DNA of 64,000 nt, from assembly GCA_051362555.1 (NCBI GenBank), contig CM120648.1, positions 15,744,587 through 15,808,586 of the forward strand, read 5' to 3'. Positions 21,773-34,354 of the stretch are shown here, in pieces. The position numbers and the translations under genes are program-made. Every line of letters begins with the position of its first letter. The first letter of the stretch is position 1. Under the pieces are notes generated by a model. It was given only the letters and a program-made list of their open reading frames with translations. It was not told the origin of the DNA and made no database searches. Origin of the DNA: Lingula anatina (lineage: Eukaryota; Animalia; Brachiopoda).

Positions 21773-22344
21773 AAATATCAATCAAACAGTGTGTCTTTAT
21801 TTGTATTCTCAGAATATTACAGCATTTTGAACACTTCACAGAAATGTTTAAAAATGATGCAAAGATATGCTTAATACTGCCAAATCTATTAAAGGTCAAT
21901 TCGGACGATGCCATTTTGTCTACTTCAACTCACACGAAGCAGCCAAACTATCAGGTGGCCTGTCCGACCTTCAGCCCACCAAATACCTCGACGCCCTTGT
22001 CGTCCCTTTTTTCGCTACAGAAAACCTGGTATTAATGTGCTGCTTTGTACAGAATGTCACAGAAATTTTTCGGCCGCCGCCAGCCTTTCGCACAATTGTA
22101 AAAAGGTGATATCTCCATGCCAAATATCAATGGCATACCAATCCAAAACGATGGCGCCCGTTCTCTTTATGACTTTTATTGTTGTGTTATTTGAAAGTAA
22201 TCCTAGAGATGAATTTGACGGCAAAGTGGATGCATTTCCATGTAGCGAAAATACGCATGCGCAGAAAGCTCATTTCCTGGCAAATTCAATAACGACATTT
22301 GCCACAACCGACTTTGTTGGGGGCTGGAGGGGGGGGGGGGGGGG

Positions 22345-22389
<45 letters not shown>

Positions 22390-22757
22390 GAGAACGGGCA
22401 AAAATCGGTGCGTGCGCAGGATGTCATCCATAAAATAAAAAAAGTGTGGCCTTACGAAATCAAAAAAATAATGTGAAGCTAAAAGCAATGTACGATTTTT
22501 GACACTACGTTTATTTATTTAATCATTTTGAGAGAATCATAGGTAAAATGCCGAAAACCTTATTTATATATTGCTGTATGGCATTTAAAATTTGCAAAGC
22601 CACATTAACAGAGTAAACAATGAAACAAATACACAAATGCAGAGGAAACGGAAAATAAAAAACAATTAAATCAGCACTGTATAATTGATATTAGATATCA
22701 ACATTTCAACCATCAACATTATCCACATATAAATCAACAGATCGTTAAATTATCTTA

Positions 22758-25171
22758 AGGCTGGGTCACACTGCGCTTGCAACCTTTTGGCAACCTCTTT
22801 GCAACCTCAGTCGCAAGGAGGTTTCCATAGGTTTTAAAGTGGTCGCATTAGGTTGCAAACAGGTCGCCTGCGATCGTTGACACACGAAGGCCATTTTTTT
22901 TGCACCGACAACCAGTGCGACTGATAATGAAAACGATTGGTAACTGAGAGGTTGCCTATAGGTCTCCTCTTGGTTGCCAGTAGGTCGCTGTAACCAGACT
23001 AAAACCAGTCGCATACCACCTGTAACTGCACGGTCGATTGACGGTCTTTAGTCGCTTAGTTGCAAACAGGTTACTAACCGGTTGCAAGCGGTGGGCAGCA
23101 GGTCGCAAGGAGGTTGCAGTTGAAACTTCATGGTCGATTAACGGTCTTTAGTCGCTTGGTCTCTAACAGGTTTCTTACAGCTCGCATGCACTCGAAAACA
23201 TGTCGCGAGAAGGTCGCAAGCAACCGTGATAAAATAAGCGTAGGATGGTGGCCACTAAATATATGAATATATTTTTCATTTATATCATGCCATTAAGGCT
23301 TTCTAAATACCTTGACAAAAATCGTTATTTCTCAATTAAAACGTAGATTGTATTTGTTGTCATCCTTTTAAATTTATTTACAAGGTTTTCATAAGTATTT
23401 TTTTTTTCAATAAAATAAATAAATGTATGAGTCCCTATCAGCCACCATACTTGACTAAAAGTGTTATAAATAGAAGCCGCTGAGCCCGTGTCTTCAGTCC
23501 CCAGTATGTCATCCAACAGCGTGGGAAGGGTGGCCAGAATGTATTTTGAGAAAGCAAATGCCCGTGAAGAAAGTTCTTCACAAAGTTCCAACACAGACTC
23601 TGCTTCCCACGAAGAGGATCAACCGAAAGATGATGAACGCGGAGGAGACAGGGAGGCTAAATTTACTATTAAAGAGGAAGAAGAATTAGTTGAGTTTTTT
23701 TAAGGAAAACGAGTTTTTCTATAACCAACAATTGAAACACTTTAAAAACAAATCAAAGAAAGTGCCAAAACAATCAATAATGATTATCACAATGTAAACG
23801 ATAAACTGTTATCTTTTTATCCATTCCTATATCATGGCTAATTTTTGACAACTATTGTTGTCAAATTTACTGGAAACATTTTTAATGACTAAAGCAGTCG
23901 GAAATATCTTACTTTTTAATTTGCCAAGTCATAATTTGCCAAGTCACAATGGAAGAAAAATTAAGCAAATAGGCGGGCGCAGAGAAAAAAGTAATTAGCA
24001 AAGTTTGATTCATACTTTTTACAATAAATTTAATTGTCAGGCATTTTAATAACAGTAAAACAGTGTCACCAATATAAAGAAGGTCAAATAAATACAAATT
24101 AACTTCCTACCAGTACTTAGAATTCGTACCACAAGGACGGAAACAAATTGATGACGCGCAGGATCCTTCACTATTTAATGATGTTGTATTGTAAGTGTAA
24201 CGCTTGGAGCTACAAAGACAAAGGGAAAACCACACAATCGGTCGCAAATCAGTTGCTAAGCAGTCGGCGACCTTTTAGCAACCGGTTGGATACCACAAAT
24301 AGGCTTTTCGGTCGCCATGAGGTTTTCGGTGCTGCACCGAAAACCAGCGCGACCGGATAGTAACCCAGCGTTCATTTGGAGACCACTTTGCGAGTTGTTG
24401 CAACTTGTCGCCCACTTTTCTGCAACCGGTGACAGTTGCAAGTCGCAAGGAGGTTTTTTGTTCAGTGTGACCGTAACTGCACAGGCCTTGCGACCTCAAA
24501 GAGACCAAGTATTGAAAAAAGAAACTATGCATGCCTATTATTACATTAATAAGGCTGAAAAAACATCCAAATATGTGTTTTATTACACCACTGGTTTGAT
24601 ATAAATGCCAATATATAGTACAAATATATTTCTTATTCATTATTATAAGTTTGACAATATTGGTAGTACAGAAATCGACTGTGACGTTATAACAGAATCT
24701 CATAGCAGAATCATACTTTAATATTCAAAATATTAAATCATTTGAAGCTGCTACGGAACGGATCCAGTCGTTGTATAATAATGTTTAAAATATTCCCTCT
24801 GTTGTCATCCGAGAGGGAAATTTACGAGAAGGTAGCTATCGTCACAACTTATAAATTATATATAGTCTGTGCAACCTTGCTGCTACCAGTTGGCAAGCGA
24901 TCGCTACAGTCCTGCAACCGGTTTTCAGTCTCCAAGTGGTTGCTGACAGGTTCTTTATCGCTCGCCTAACGGTGTGCGACTGGTAACCTCTGACTTGAAG
25001 ATTGTCTGTAAGAGGTTGCAGGTACCATACTGTAACCTTGTTGCAACCGGTTAGCAACTGCTTGCCGATCAAAATATGCAAATTAGGTCGCAAAGTGATC
25101 GCAAGCGACCACCAGATTTTGTGGTTGCAAAGAGGTTGCCAAAAGGTTGCAAGCGCAGTGTGACCCAGCCT
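22758..25171. mobile_element. PIF/Harbinger-type non-autonomous element, 2414 bp (younger copy)
   Basis: 49-bp perfect TIR AGGCTGGGTCACACTGCGCTTGCAACCTTTTGGCAACCTCTTTGCAACC; TTA TSD at 22755-22757 and 25172-25174; GGTCGCA/TGCAACC-rich subterminal repeats. Confidence 0.92.
23506..23765 (+). pseudogene. MADF/Myb-SANT DNA-binding protein remnant (Harbinger accessory ORF)
   Basis: FTIKEEEELVEFF[+1 in T-run]KENEFFYNQQLKHFKNKSKK matches the start of a MADF domain; truncated afterwards. Confidence 0.65.
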
Positions 25172-25258
25172 TTAGATAAATATAGTTTCAACACAAACAA
25201 TTAAGCATCTTTCCAGTGCCTGGCATCCGCACTACAAGAATGACACTGTAAAAAGTAA

Positions 25259-25477
25259 AGCCCCCTTTACACTGGATGGCGTCCTTTCTGCGTCCAACAG
25301 TACGGCCCCATTTAAGAGTTCAGGAATTATAATATTTTACGTGCCGACAGCTGGCCGATCATTGAACATTCATTCTAATACAAAATACAAAATCAATGCT
25401 CGTGTTTCTTTATTAAGACCACAGCGATGCCAAATTTAATGGCCGCAGAAAGGATGCCGTCCAGTGTAAAGGGGGTA
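25259..25477. mobile_element. Harbinger-type MITE, 219 bp
   Basis: taa|AGCCCCCTTTACACTGGATGGCGTCCTTTCTGCGTCCA ... TGGCCGCAGAAAGGATGCCGTCCAGTGTAAAGGGGGTA|taa. Confidence 0.88.
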
Positions 25478-28057
25478 TAAACGATTCACACTACCTGTTT
25501 CGATTTAATTACGTTGTATTGGAAGAGGCAAACGCCCGAGGTTAAAAGACAAAGGGAAAACCACACATTCGGTTGCAAAGCAGTCGCCGACTTGTAAGCA
25601 ACCGGTTGAATGCCACAAGTGGGTCTTACGGTAGCCAGGAAGTTATCGGCACTGCACCGTAAACCGGCGCGACTGGTTATTAAACCAGCGTTCTTTTGGA
25701 AACCACTCTGCGAGTTGTTGCAACCGGTCGCCGACCTTTTTGCAACCGGTAACAGTTGCAAATCGCAAAGAGTATTTTGTTCAGTGTGACCGTAACCGCA
25801 CAAACCTTGGGGACCTCAAAGAGACCAAGTTTTTAAACAAGATAATATTAAAGAGTATTATAACATTAATAAGGATTAAAACGAATGCAAAATTTTTTTT
25901 TATTAAAGCACTGGTTTCATTCGGAGAGGGTGTAGTCTTCTCAAAAAATTCACAAATATTGCTGCCTTTATTTTTTTAGGAAGGAAATAAAAACTTCCTG
26001 GTTCTTTCATCAAATGTTTGTAATCGCGTTATAATGGGCGTCTTGCAATCCACGGGCTCACCAAGTATTTCCGAGTTTTGTATTCTTTTTACTTCTTAGG
26101 TAAACAAAGCCAATGATTATAGCAGTCCCGTCTTTTTGAACTGTTTTACTAGATCATTTTTTGTCTTGTGAGAGGGGAATTTATGAGAAAGCAGCTACAT
26201 CACAAACTGTCACAAACTGGCAACATATATTTTGTGCGACCTGGCTGCTACCAGTTGACAAGCGATTGCTACAGTCCTGCAACCGGTTTTCAATCACCAA
26301 GTGGTTGCAGGCAGGTTGTTAAATCGCTCGGCGAACGGTGTGCGACTGGTAAACTATAACTTGAAGATGGCCTATAAGAGGTTGCAGATACCATACTGCA
26401 ACCTTGTTGCAGCCGGTTTGCGACTGCTTGCCGATCTAGCTTCTTAATGAGCTTAAAGGTTTCAAGCGCAGTGTAACCCAGCCTTTACAGACACGTACTG
26501 CTTTGGGAATTTTCTTTTCTAGGAAACGAGGAGTTTTCCAAGCAAACTCTAAATCGTGTATTTACCAAGCATTCATCATTCAAGTTCCAGATTAAATATA
26601 TGTTAATTCAGAGAGTAAATATGGATAAGCAATAACGTGCTCTGTTTGGCCAGTTGCAATGTATGTGGGAGCATTATATGAGCTCTGCTTTCTAAGAAAC
26701 TAGGGATTTTCCAAACAGACTAAATGTATTTACCAAGCCTTTAATGATATGGAGATATAGATACATACATTAGTAGTGTTAGAACACCTGGTTGTAGGTA
26801 TTCATCAGATTGGTGTGAATTATTACTCACCCACTGCTAGGCAGTATATAACAACTAGGACCCTTTTTAAATAACACATTTCCAAAGGTAACCATTTATC
26901 GTAGTTCCATTTAGCAAAATGAGAAATATTAAAGAACGTAGTTTCATTTTACCCGAAAAATAATATTTGAACGGATATTTCAATTATTTGATTTGATGCA
27001 GCTTACGTTGCTTTATGATATTTTTTTTTTTCCTCCGGGGAAATAAATATACATCCTTTTTGTTAAAAATCTAATTTCGGAAATGATTATGATTATTTTT
27101 TACTAACAAATAGATGAGTAGGTGTTTTATCATTTTTTTTTAATTTTTAGATTTAATATTTTGTTTTGAACAGTGCAATCTCCTCACTGAATCTAGAGAC
27201 TGAAATAAAATAACACAGAGGTGGACATTTTTCATATTACTCAAAGAGACCGCTAAGAAACGAGGAACTGAGTAACTGGAACACCTAGATAAGATCTGTC
27301 CATTTTAATTTCAACTGTGCAAAAACATGTATGATGATTATTTTAAACAAGCTTAAAATAGTTTAAGATTCCCCCCCCCCCGACAATTCCACCCCCGCCC
27401 CCGAGAAATAAAAATTTATATACAAATAAGTAAATATAGCGCGCAAGGGCTATACAAGTAAGTCAGAAGTCAGAAAAAGCATAATTTGTTCACTGGATCT
27501 TGACCTCAGCTCAGAAGCCATTTAGTTCCAATGTTTTACCTGAAACTGTTTATGGTTTACAACTCATCAGACAAATATACGATGATAATGTGTTGCTCAA
27601 AGTGGTTTCCTCACAGATTGCCTGGTATAGTGACCTGATAAAACCAGTCTGAGGTAGGCAAATGGCCCTGAAAAACGCTTTCTGGTAAGAATCTGCCCCT
27701 CACCATGAGATAAGATTGCTCATGCTTAGACCTATCAGCCAAACCATAAAAATAGGTCATGTTTCTCGGTGGTAAGTTCTAGATGCCTTTGGTGTAGTTT
27801 CTACCTGGGCAGTCAGGGCATACCTCTGTAAGACTTTTTCTTGTGTTACAATAATCTGTTGGGCCTTTGTTTTGTGCCATTTGGGTGCAGAGCAAAAATT
27901 CTTCTCTCAATGCAAGAACTGTTTCACTGACTTAATGTTGCTCAATTTCAAAATTGTGTGTAGGGGCGTTACCGAGATACGTGGGTTTCTTTAAAAGAAC
28001 CATGCTCTGTCATATTAATACAAGGCATATCAACAGATCCACAGTAAAAGTTAGTTA

Positions 28058-29149
28058 AGCCCCCGTCACGCTAATTCGGTATCAGCAGGAATCAAGAAGA
28101 ATGAGCCTGAATGATGAATTTTCAAAATTCGCACCACATTCAGGGAAAAAGTTCAAATTGACCTTAATTCTTGTAAGAGTACTGCTGGAATACTCAGAAT
28201 GCGCTTGACTTCGCCTGGAATGATTAGTGCATTTTCGGCTGTATTAAGTCTCAAATTCAGTTCGAATGTAGAAAACTAGGAATATCTATAATGCTGTCAG
28301 AATGCAGTCAGAATATTTACTGTAGAATATACTTTGATTGGCGTACTAGTGTATTTCGATTGTGTATTTGGTTAAATTAATATTTCAGCTCATTCGATAC
28401 ACATTCGAAACATTCTGACGGGATTTTATAACCCCGTCACACTAGAGGCGGAATGATCGAAATGGCGTCGGAAATACAATTCTTTGTACATTCCTGGATA
28501 TTCGAAGAGCATTCTAAAAATTCCGAGTGCATTCCAAATATTTTTACACATTCTTGTGGCCGGCTCGAATGTTTTGCTCATGTCAAAACTAGCTGCACTA
28601 TGACTGCATTCTAAATATTCTCACGGCATTCCGACAGCATTCGAAACATTCTGATCAGTTACCATTCCAGTGGCGTTTTTATACACTCTGGGCATCGTGT
28701 TACATTCTGAACATGTTAGAAAGTAATTTTAGGTATTTTAGATATTTCAGCTGCATTTTGTTTGAATTCTTTATAATTCAAACCATCATTAGCAGCCATA
28801 CCGTGAGCATTTTGATTGCATTTGAGTTCGCATCGTATATCATTCGAGGCACCTTCTTACATACTTCAGCCTGTATTCGGCCAGCAGTCAAACCACACTC
28901 GTACGGCATTTGAATTTCATTCGGAATATTCTGACTACATTCTAACAACATTCGCAATATTCCTACAGTAATCAAACTACATTTGAGAGGTAATTAATAT
29001 ACCTGGAATGCGCAGGAATCATTCCAGGCGGGTTCGATGTGCATTCTTAGTATTCCAGAGGCATTCTTACAAGGCCGTAAGATTTTAGGCCAATTTGAAA
29101 TTCCCTCCCGATTACGGCACGAATTTTTCAAGTAATTCATTCCGGCCGA
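28058..29149. mobile_element. Harbinger-type non-autonomous element with long imperfect inverted repeats, right end truncated
   Basis: Starts tta|AGCCCCCGTCACGC; ~28100-28235 is the reverse complement of ~29005-29149; interior rich in GAAT/ATTC motifs. Confidence 0.65.
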
Positions 29150-29338
29150 TAAATTATAAATTCACTAGGGAAACAACCCAAACAGAAAGGGAAATGAAGG
29201 AAAATATATTCATTTATAAGTATAAACCTATATTGAATAGATAATAGCATTGGTAAAATTAAGCAATAGCTAAACACCCATTGTTACATACGTCACATTT
29301 TAGCCTTTATAACATCATCTAGTAACAAATAAACAAAA

Positions 29339-29369
29339 CCCCCTGAAGAAAGAAAGAAACAGGTCGGGG
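29339..29369 (+). ncRNA. Degenerate minimal hammerhead ribozyme (stem II lost), Penelope-like
   Basis: cccc-CTGAAGA-aagaaa-GAAA-cagg-TC-gggg, next to a (TA)n tract. Confidence 0.35.
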
Positions 29370-29444
29370 CAAAATAGCCGCTGTTCTTTTTTTTTATTTT
29401 TTTATTATATATAATATATACTCGTACAGGAAAAACACTTTTAC

Positions 29445-29448
<4 letters not shown>

Positions 29449-29510
<62 letters not shown>
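29449..29510. repeat. (TA)n microsatellite
   Basis: Direct reading. Confidence 0.97.
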
Positions 29511-29513
<3 letters not shown>

Positions 29514-32500
29514 CCCTACGGCACAGATCAAGGTGAAGAACGGGAGAGTGCTGTGACGTGCGAGACATGTGACTTCATAATATGCAATTGCTTCAAATAA
29601 AAATGTGCAGAATACACCCCCAGTGTGCTGGTGGTGTCTACAATGCAGTATTGCTCATGTAGGTTATATAAGAAATCAAGTTTAAGCTGGCAATACCAAA
29701 ATCGGGAACCTAGGGTATCCACATCCTTTCTACAAGTGAATTTCCTGTCTGCTCAATACTGAAAGAATGTCTGTACATGTAGCATGTAGTATGCGGCTCA
29801 AGAGAGGTCAAGTTAACAAATGTTTTTGCAAATATTCTATCTTAAAGAATGTGTGGTCAGTTTGAAATAAATGTGATGCATACATGTATAATTTACTATC
29901 ATATAATGATACTGAGATGTATAAATATACAATATACGTGTATTTTTGACTGACATATTCTATTGAAAAGTTACAATGTCCGTGTTTAATGGTTCTCGGT
30001 TTACAATAATATTCATTTAATTCATGTTTGTGATTCATTGATTTTTTGGACCGTTTTATATTGTATATATTTGATTAACGTATACTACATTTCCTAAGGC
30101 ATAGTGGTTTGTCGTCAATGATTGATTATAATTTCAACTAAAAGTATTTAAATGTTTCTTCTTTGAATTTTTTAAAGTTAATAAAGCAGTGGGGGATTTC
30201 AGGAAATGTTTATATTGCCCAGTAGCTAGTTTGCTTTATTCTTGATCTTTGAAGGAACGCTCCAGCCTTTAGCAGAATGTTTATGAATATGCACAATATA
30301 TTTATCGTATTTTACCAATGAAGCCTCTTTTGAACATATTTATATTATGTTAAATTATATTCATATCCAAAAGTTTCATCTCTCTGTATAAATAGAAGTT
30401 GAGAGAAACGTGTAAAGTAGAGAAACAAAATAATATTATTAAACACCCTTCTTGCCTTTTGACTTCATCTGAAGCCTAACAGGAATGCAATGAATACTTA
30501 ACACCTTGATTCGGACAAACTATTCCACGAGAGGGTTGACTAATTGTGTTCACTTTCAACCAAAGAAAATTTGAGCAAAGTGTGACTACAACGATTGATT
30601 CAAAAACTCGGTTGAGGAGAAAGGATTAGGGTTTAGATCATTAACTCTGAGCATTTAACTGAAAGTGTAAAAAGCGCCTGTCCATTTCTCAACACCAGTG
30701 ACTAGACAGCGGTAAAGTGTGTATTAACTCCACATTCAAACACTCTGTTATACACGTACATGGACCAAGACAAAGCCATGGGGGCAAATCATCAACCGTG
30801 TGCGTGAGCTTCAAATAGATGATGGCCTCTTTTTCCTTTTACATGTACAATGACAACACATTCAATTGATAAACAGAACGGTTTAAAACAAACTAGTTGC
30901 GAAAAATACGCTAAACATTTATTGTAAACAATTCTGAAACAAGGCTGTATAGCGTTCTGGCATTTTAATCTCAAATCTATCAACAAATGATGTTACTGTG
31001 AAAAATAATCTTATGCCTTCCTTCATTATTATGACTTTGAAAGTATTCCATAAGGTTCATAACAATAACTCAAGATGTTTCAATTACCTTGACATTTTTA
31101 TATTTGGTCTTATTTAAAGGGATAACAACTGTTCGTATTAGACATATTCCGCAAATGATACATTGTGAGCAATTCATAGAAATGTATCAAAACCCATTAT
31201 TGACCAAAACGAATAGTTTTGGTTATTTAACCTTAAAAAGTAACTTGCAAGGTGGCTAAGAGAATTAATATTAAATAAATAAATAAATAAATAAAGACAC
31301 AGCACAAAAACAAATCTTTCCGATTTTTCAGCCTCCGCGGAATGACGTCGGAACAGTGCAAGCTGGCCTTTACAACGAGAGACTGAATGACGTTTTTCCG
31401 CGCAGGAGTACCCCTTTCTCTTTTACACGGCCTTTCAACAGGCGTAATCTCGTTCGTCTTTCTTCGCGACTGAACAACGTTTTTCCGCAGGGGTCCTGCC
31501 TTGGTATTATGTGACGGTCGTTATTGGGTTGTGACTGACATTTAAGAACATAAGATTTCAATGGAACTGAAAGATTTATATTGTTAATTCATTTCAAAAT
31601 TTCATTTTATTATCTTAGGTGCGCTACATGTATATACTGTCGAAAGGCGTGATCATCCCGACCATTAGAACATCTCTCCTGAGGAAGCTTCCCCCGAGGG
31701 CTTATCATATTTTGTTATTCATCATTTCATTTCTCTTTGCTGATTTATCCCTAAAAGTCGTATTTGATCTATCAAATCCAGTCCAATTCACAGTCGTCTC
31801 AAAAACCATTTTAAATTAATACAGATTGCTTAGAAGCGACATCAAAGTCTATATTTAAAGCATGATCATTATTTCCATAAAATTGCAATGAATTATAATG
31901 AATAAGACTTGGTCAAAGGCCATTCTGTTTGATTATTAAAAGTTTGGCCGCGGCCTTGGATATGCAACTCTGGTTGCAGCACCATACCTGACTAGCATTT
32001 AACTTGTCGCTTGTACTATAGAAATTGTTAATCACACTTGCGCTTACAATCTGGATTTTATAGGATACGTTTTAAGGTGTCTCCGGAGTAAAAATCATTT
32101 CAGTGAAATCATGATACACAGTCAGTGTATTTTTAATTTTTTTTTTCAATTAATAAGGTGTATTAATAAAGATTCCTTAGTCGATCGCGATTTAGACTGC
32201 GGCAGTTTAAATAGATCTTAAGTTTATTACACTAATGGACGTAGTGCTTATGCATTGAATCAGCGTGTGCAGTGGTGCAACCAATCTTTAATTAATAAGG
32301 GAGTTGGAAGAACCAGCGGGTGACCGTTAAACGTTCTAATATTTAATCAACACTGAGCGGAGAACAAACAAAAAAGGATAAAGATGTGTCACACTATGCG
32401 CTGGTGGCCGGGGAAATTTCAACAAAGCCCGACTAACAACAATGTACGTCACGGTCTCCTTCAATATTTCATCCAGCTAAAAGACGAAAACAAAAATACT

Positions 32501-33300
32501 TTAATACCAATGTTGACTGGAGATGCATTAGAATTTTTTTTTGATGAATAAGTGTTGCCCCACAACTGATCGTAGTACATCCCACGATAAGATTTCGCTC
32601 GATAGACCATGTCTAGAACCATAAGTTAACCATTAGTTCTAAACTAGCTGTCATAAAAAACCTTGCTTGAAAAACTGAATAACTATAAGACCATTGTTAT
32701 TTTGCAAGGTTAAGCAGCGATAAATATGTTGATATATAGCAAACATTATCAGTATGATGTGCCGTAATACGTATATAACAGGAGTACTTTTCTATTGATG
32801 ATGATATCTTGCTCATAGTGGGTGACGAAGAGAAGGGGGTGGTTAAACCACGTAAGTGAAGAATCACTGCACATTAAACGTACATCGTGTATCACTTTTA
32901 CACGGTTTCTGCTAATGAAAATGTATCATATCGCAATATACTGATTTCTTCATAGAAATTCATTTTTCACATGAAAAGAAGTAAATCGCTGGCTATTTTG
33001 TTTATAAGTTCTGGGCTTTGACAGAGAAGGACAGGCCTGCTTTAGATGACAGCCGGATTCGGTTGTATTTGTATGGGGATTGCTACCAGTAATTAACACA
33101 GTTTTCACATGCAGTACCATTGAAACACGATGGTCGAGAGATGACTCATGAGCTGAGGTCAGTATAACAAGCAGCATGGTGGCCAATAAGCTATTTAATC
33201 TTTTATATAACCTCTCTCCAACCGCGGTGATGAAGGCTTAAACCAAGTGTTTTGGTTTCTCACTTCTTTGTTTAAGCACAGTCCCCCCCTCTTTTTTTCA

Positions 33301-33359
33301 GGACTCTGCAGCTGATGAAGGTCACTTGTTGACCGAAAAGCGCTTTCTGCAACCAGTCC
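33301..33359 (+). ncRNA. Type I minimal hammerhead ribozyme motif (Penelope-like element/retrozyme type)
   Basis: Stem I GGACT-c-TGCAG / CTGCA-acc-AGTCC; core CTGATGA plus an extra A; stem II GGTCA-cttgt-TGACC; GAAA; palindromic stem III AAAGCGCTTT; predicted cleavage after 33346. Confidence 0.7.
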
Positions 33360-34280
33360 ACCCCCCCTTTTTTTCGTTTCCCCAGCCGCACTGTGTGTAT
33401 CTCGTACAGTCGGCCCTTCAGGTCAAACACATACAGAGGCGAGACACCTCTCTCACATCATACTGAAGTGAAACAACAGCCGATAATATTGAATGCCGCA
33501 ATAAATAGTTATCTAACATAATTCGAATCAGAATTATAAGACGGACACGTTCTATCACCGTTGTCATCTCTTCACAAACACGTGATAACGCATCTAAGGG
33601 ACTTTTATACTTCAATCTAATCTCTAACATCCCAAATTTAAAAACATTCTCAAAGCTTTTAACCAGGGGCGCTGTCAAAACACACGTCCCCAGGGGCCCA
33701 GTCCTGGATCGTGTTATTTTGATAAGAGTTAGTTTAACTAAGACATGAGCCGACCACCCCTAAACAACGAATATTAAATCGCAACTACAAAGGGGAGGAT
33801 GTGGTGTGGTGTGAAGATAGCCACAGAGACAGAGTACAGAGTATATGTACAGGAAAAACGAGAGGATGAAGACAGTAAGTGGTTTTATTCCTTTTGTTAT
33901 TTTCATAATATTCATGTATTTTTATTTTTAATAATTGATTATCAATGTGTGTTGATAAATTACCAAGTCTTTGATTTTATTACATTCTCCATGTCTGTTG
34001 TAATGGTAGGCTACATGCATTCTTGTAATTCTCAATCCTGATATTTCTCTGAATTTTTTTTTAGTCAGCCATGCTGTTCCCTTTACCCAGTTATGTTTAA
34101 TACGTTATTACACATTATATTTTGATATCATTTCGTTATATCTTCACAGAAACCGTTAAGAAGGACACCGCACTGGAAAAAAGGAAAGGGCGATAGCAGC
34201 ACTGAACAAGGGGAAGACGTTGAAAGGGCAACGGCAGAAATATCTGACGCGGGGGTCTGCCAGGCTAAAGAAGTGCTCAA

Positions 34281-34354
34281 ATTGATGTGTGGAAAATAAT
34301 TTACACGCAAGGGCGATTTGATGTGTGGAAAATAATTTACACGCAAAGACGATT
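34281..34354. repeat. Tandem repeat, 2 x 36 bp
   Basis: ttgatgtgtggaaaataatttacacgcaa..g.cgat occurs twice. Confidence 0.85.

Larger units (their letters stand above)
14277..22451. mobile_element. Non-autonomous TIR DNA transposon with GGCC termini and TTA TSD (Zator- or Harbinger-like), split by the LINE
   Basis: tta|GGCCACACTTTTTTATTTTTATGGATGACATCCT ... AGGATGTCATCCATAAAATAAAAAAAGTGTGGCC|tta (~34-bp TIR). Confidence 0.85.
13706..26484. mobile_element. Outer PIF/Harbinger-type non-autonomous element (older copy) hosting nested insertions
   Basis: tta|AGCCGGGGTCACACTGCGCTTGCAACC ... GGTTTCAAGCGCAGTGTAACCCAGCCT|tta. Left part is homologous to 22758-23180 and right part (25481-26484) to 24160-25171. 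Confidence 0.75.

Noticed and set aside
21329-22488. Poly-Lys and poly-Phe ORFs, including the 176-aa ORF
   Set aside because: Derived from A, T and G homopolymers in the LINE tail and the host element.
33226-33250. Second hammerhead (gtgatgaaggctt...)
   Set aside because: Lacks the core C, a proper stem II and a correctly placed GAAA.
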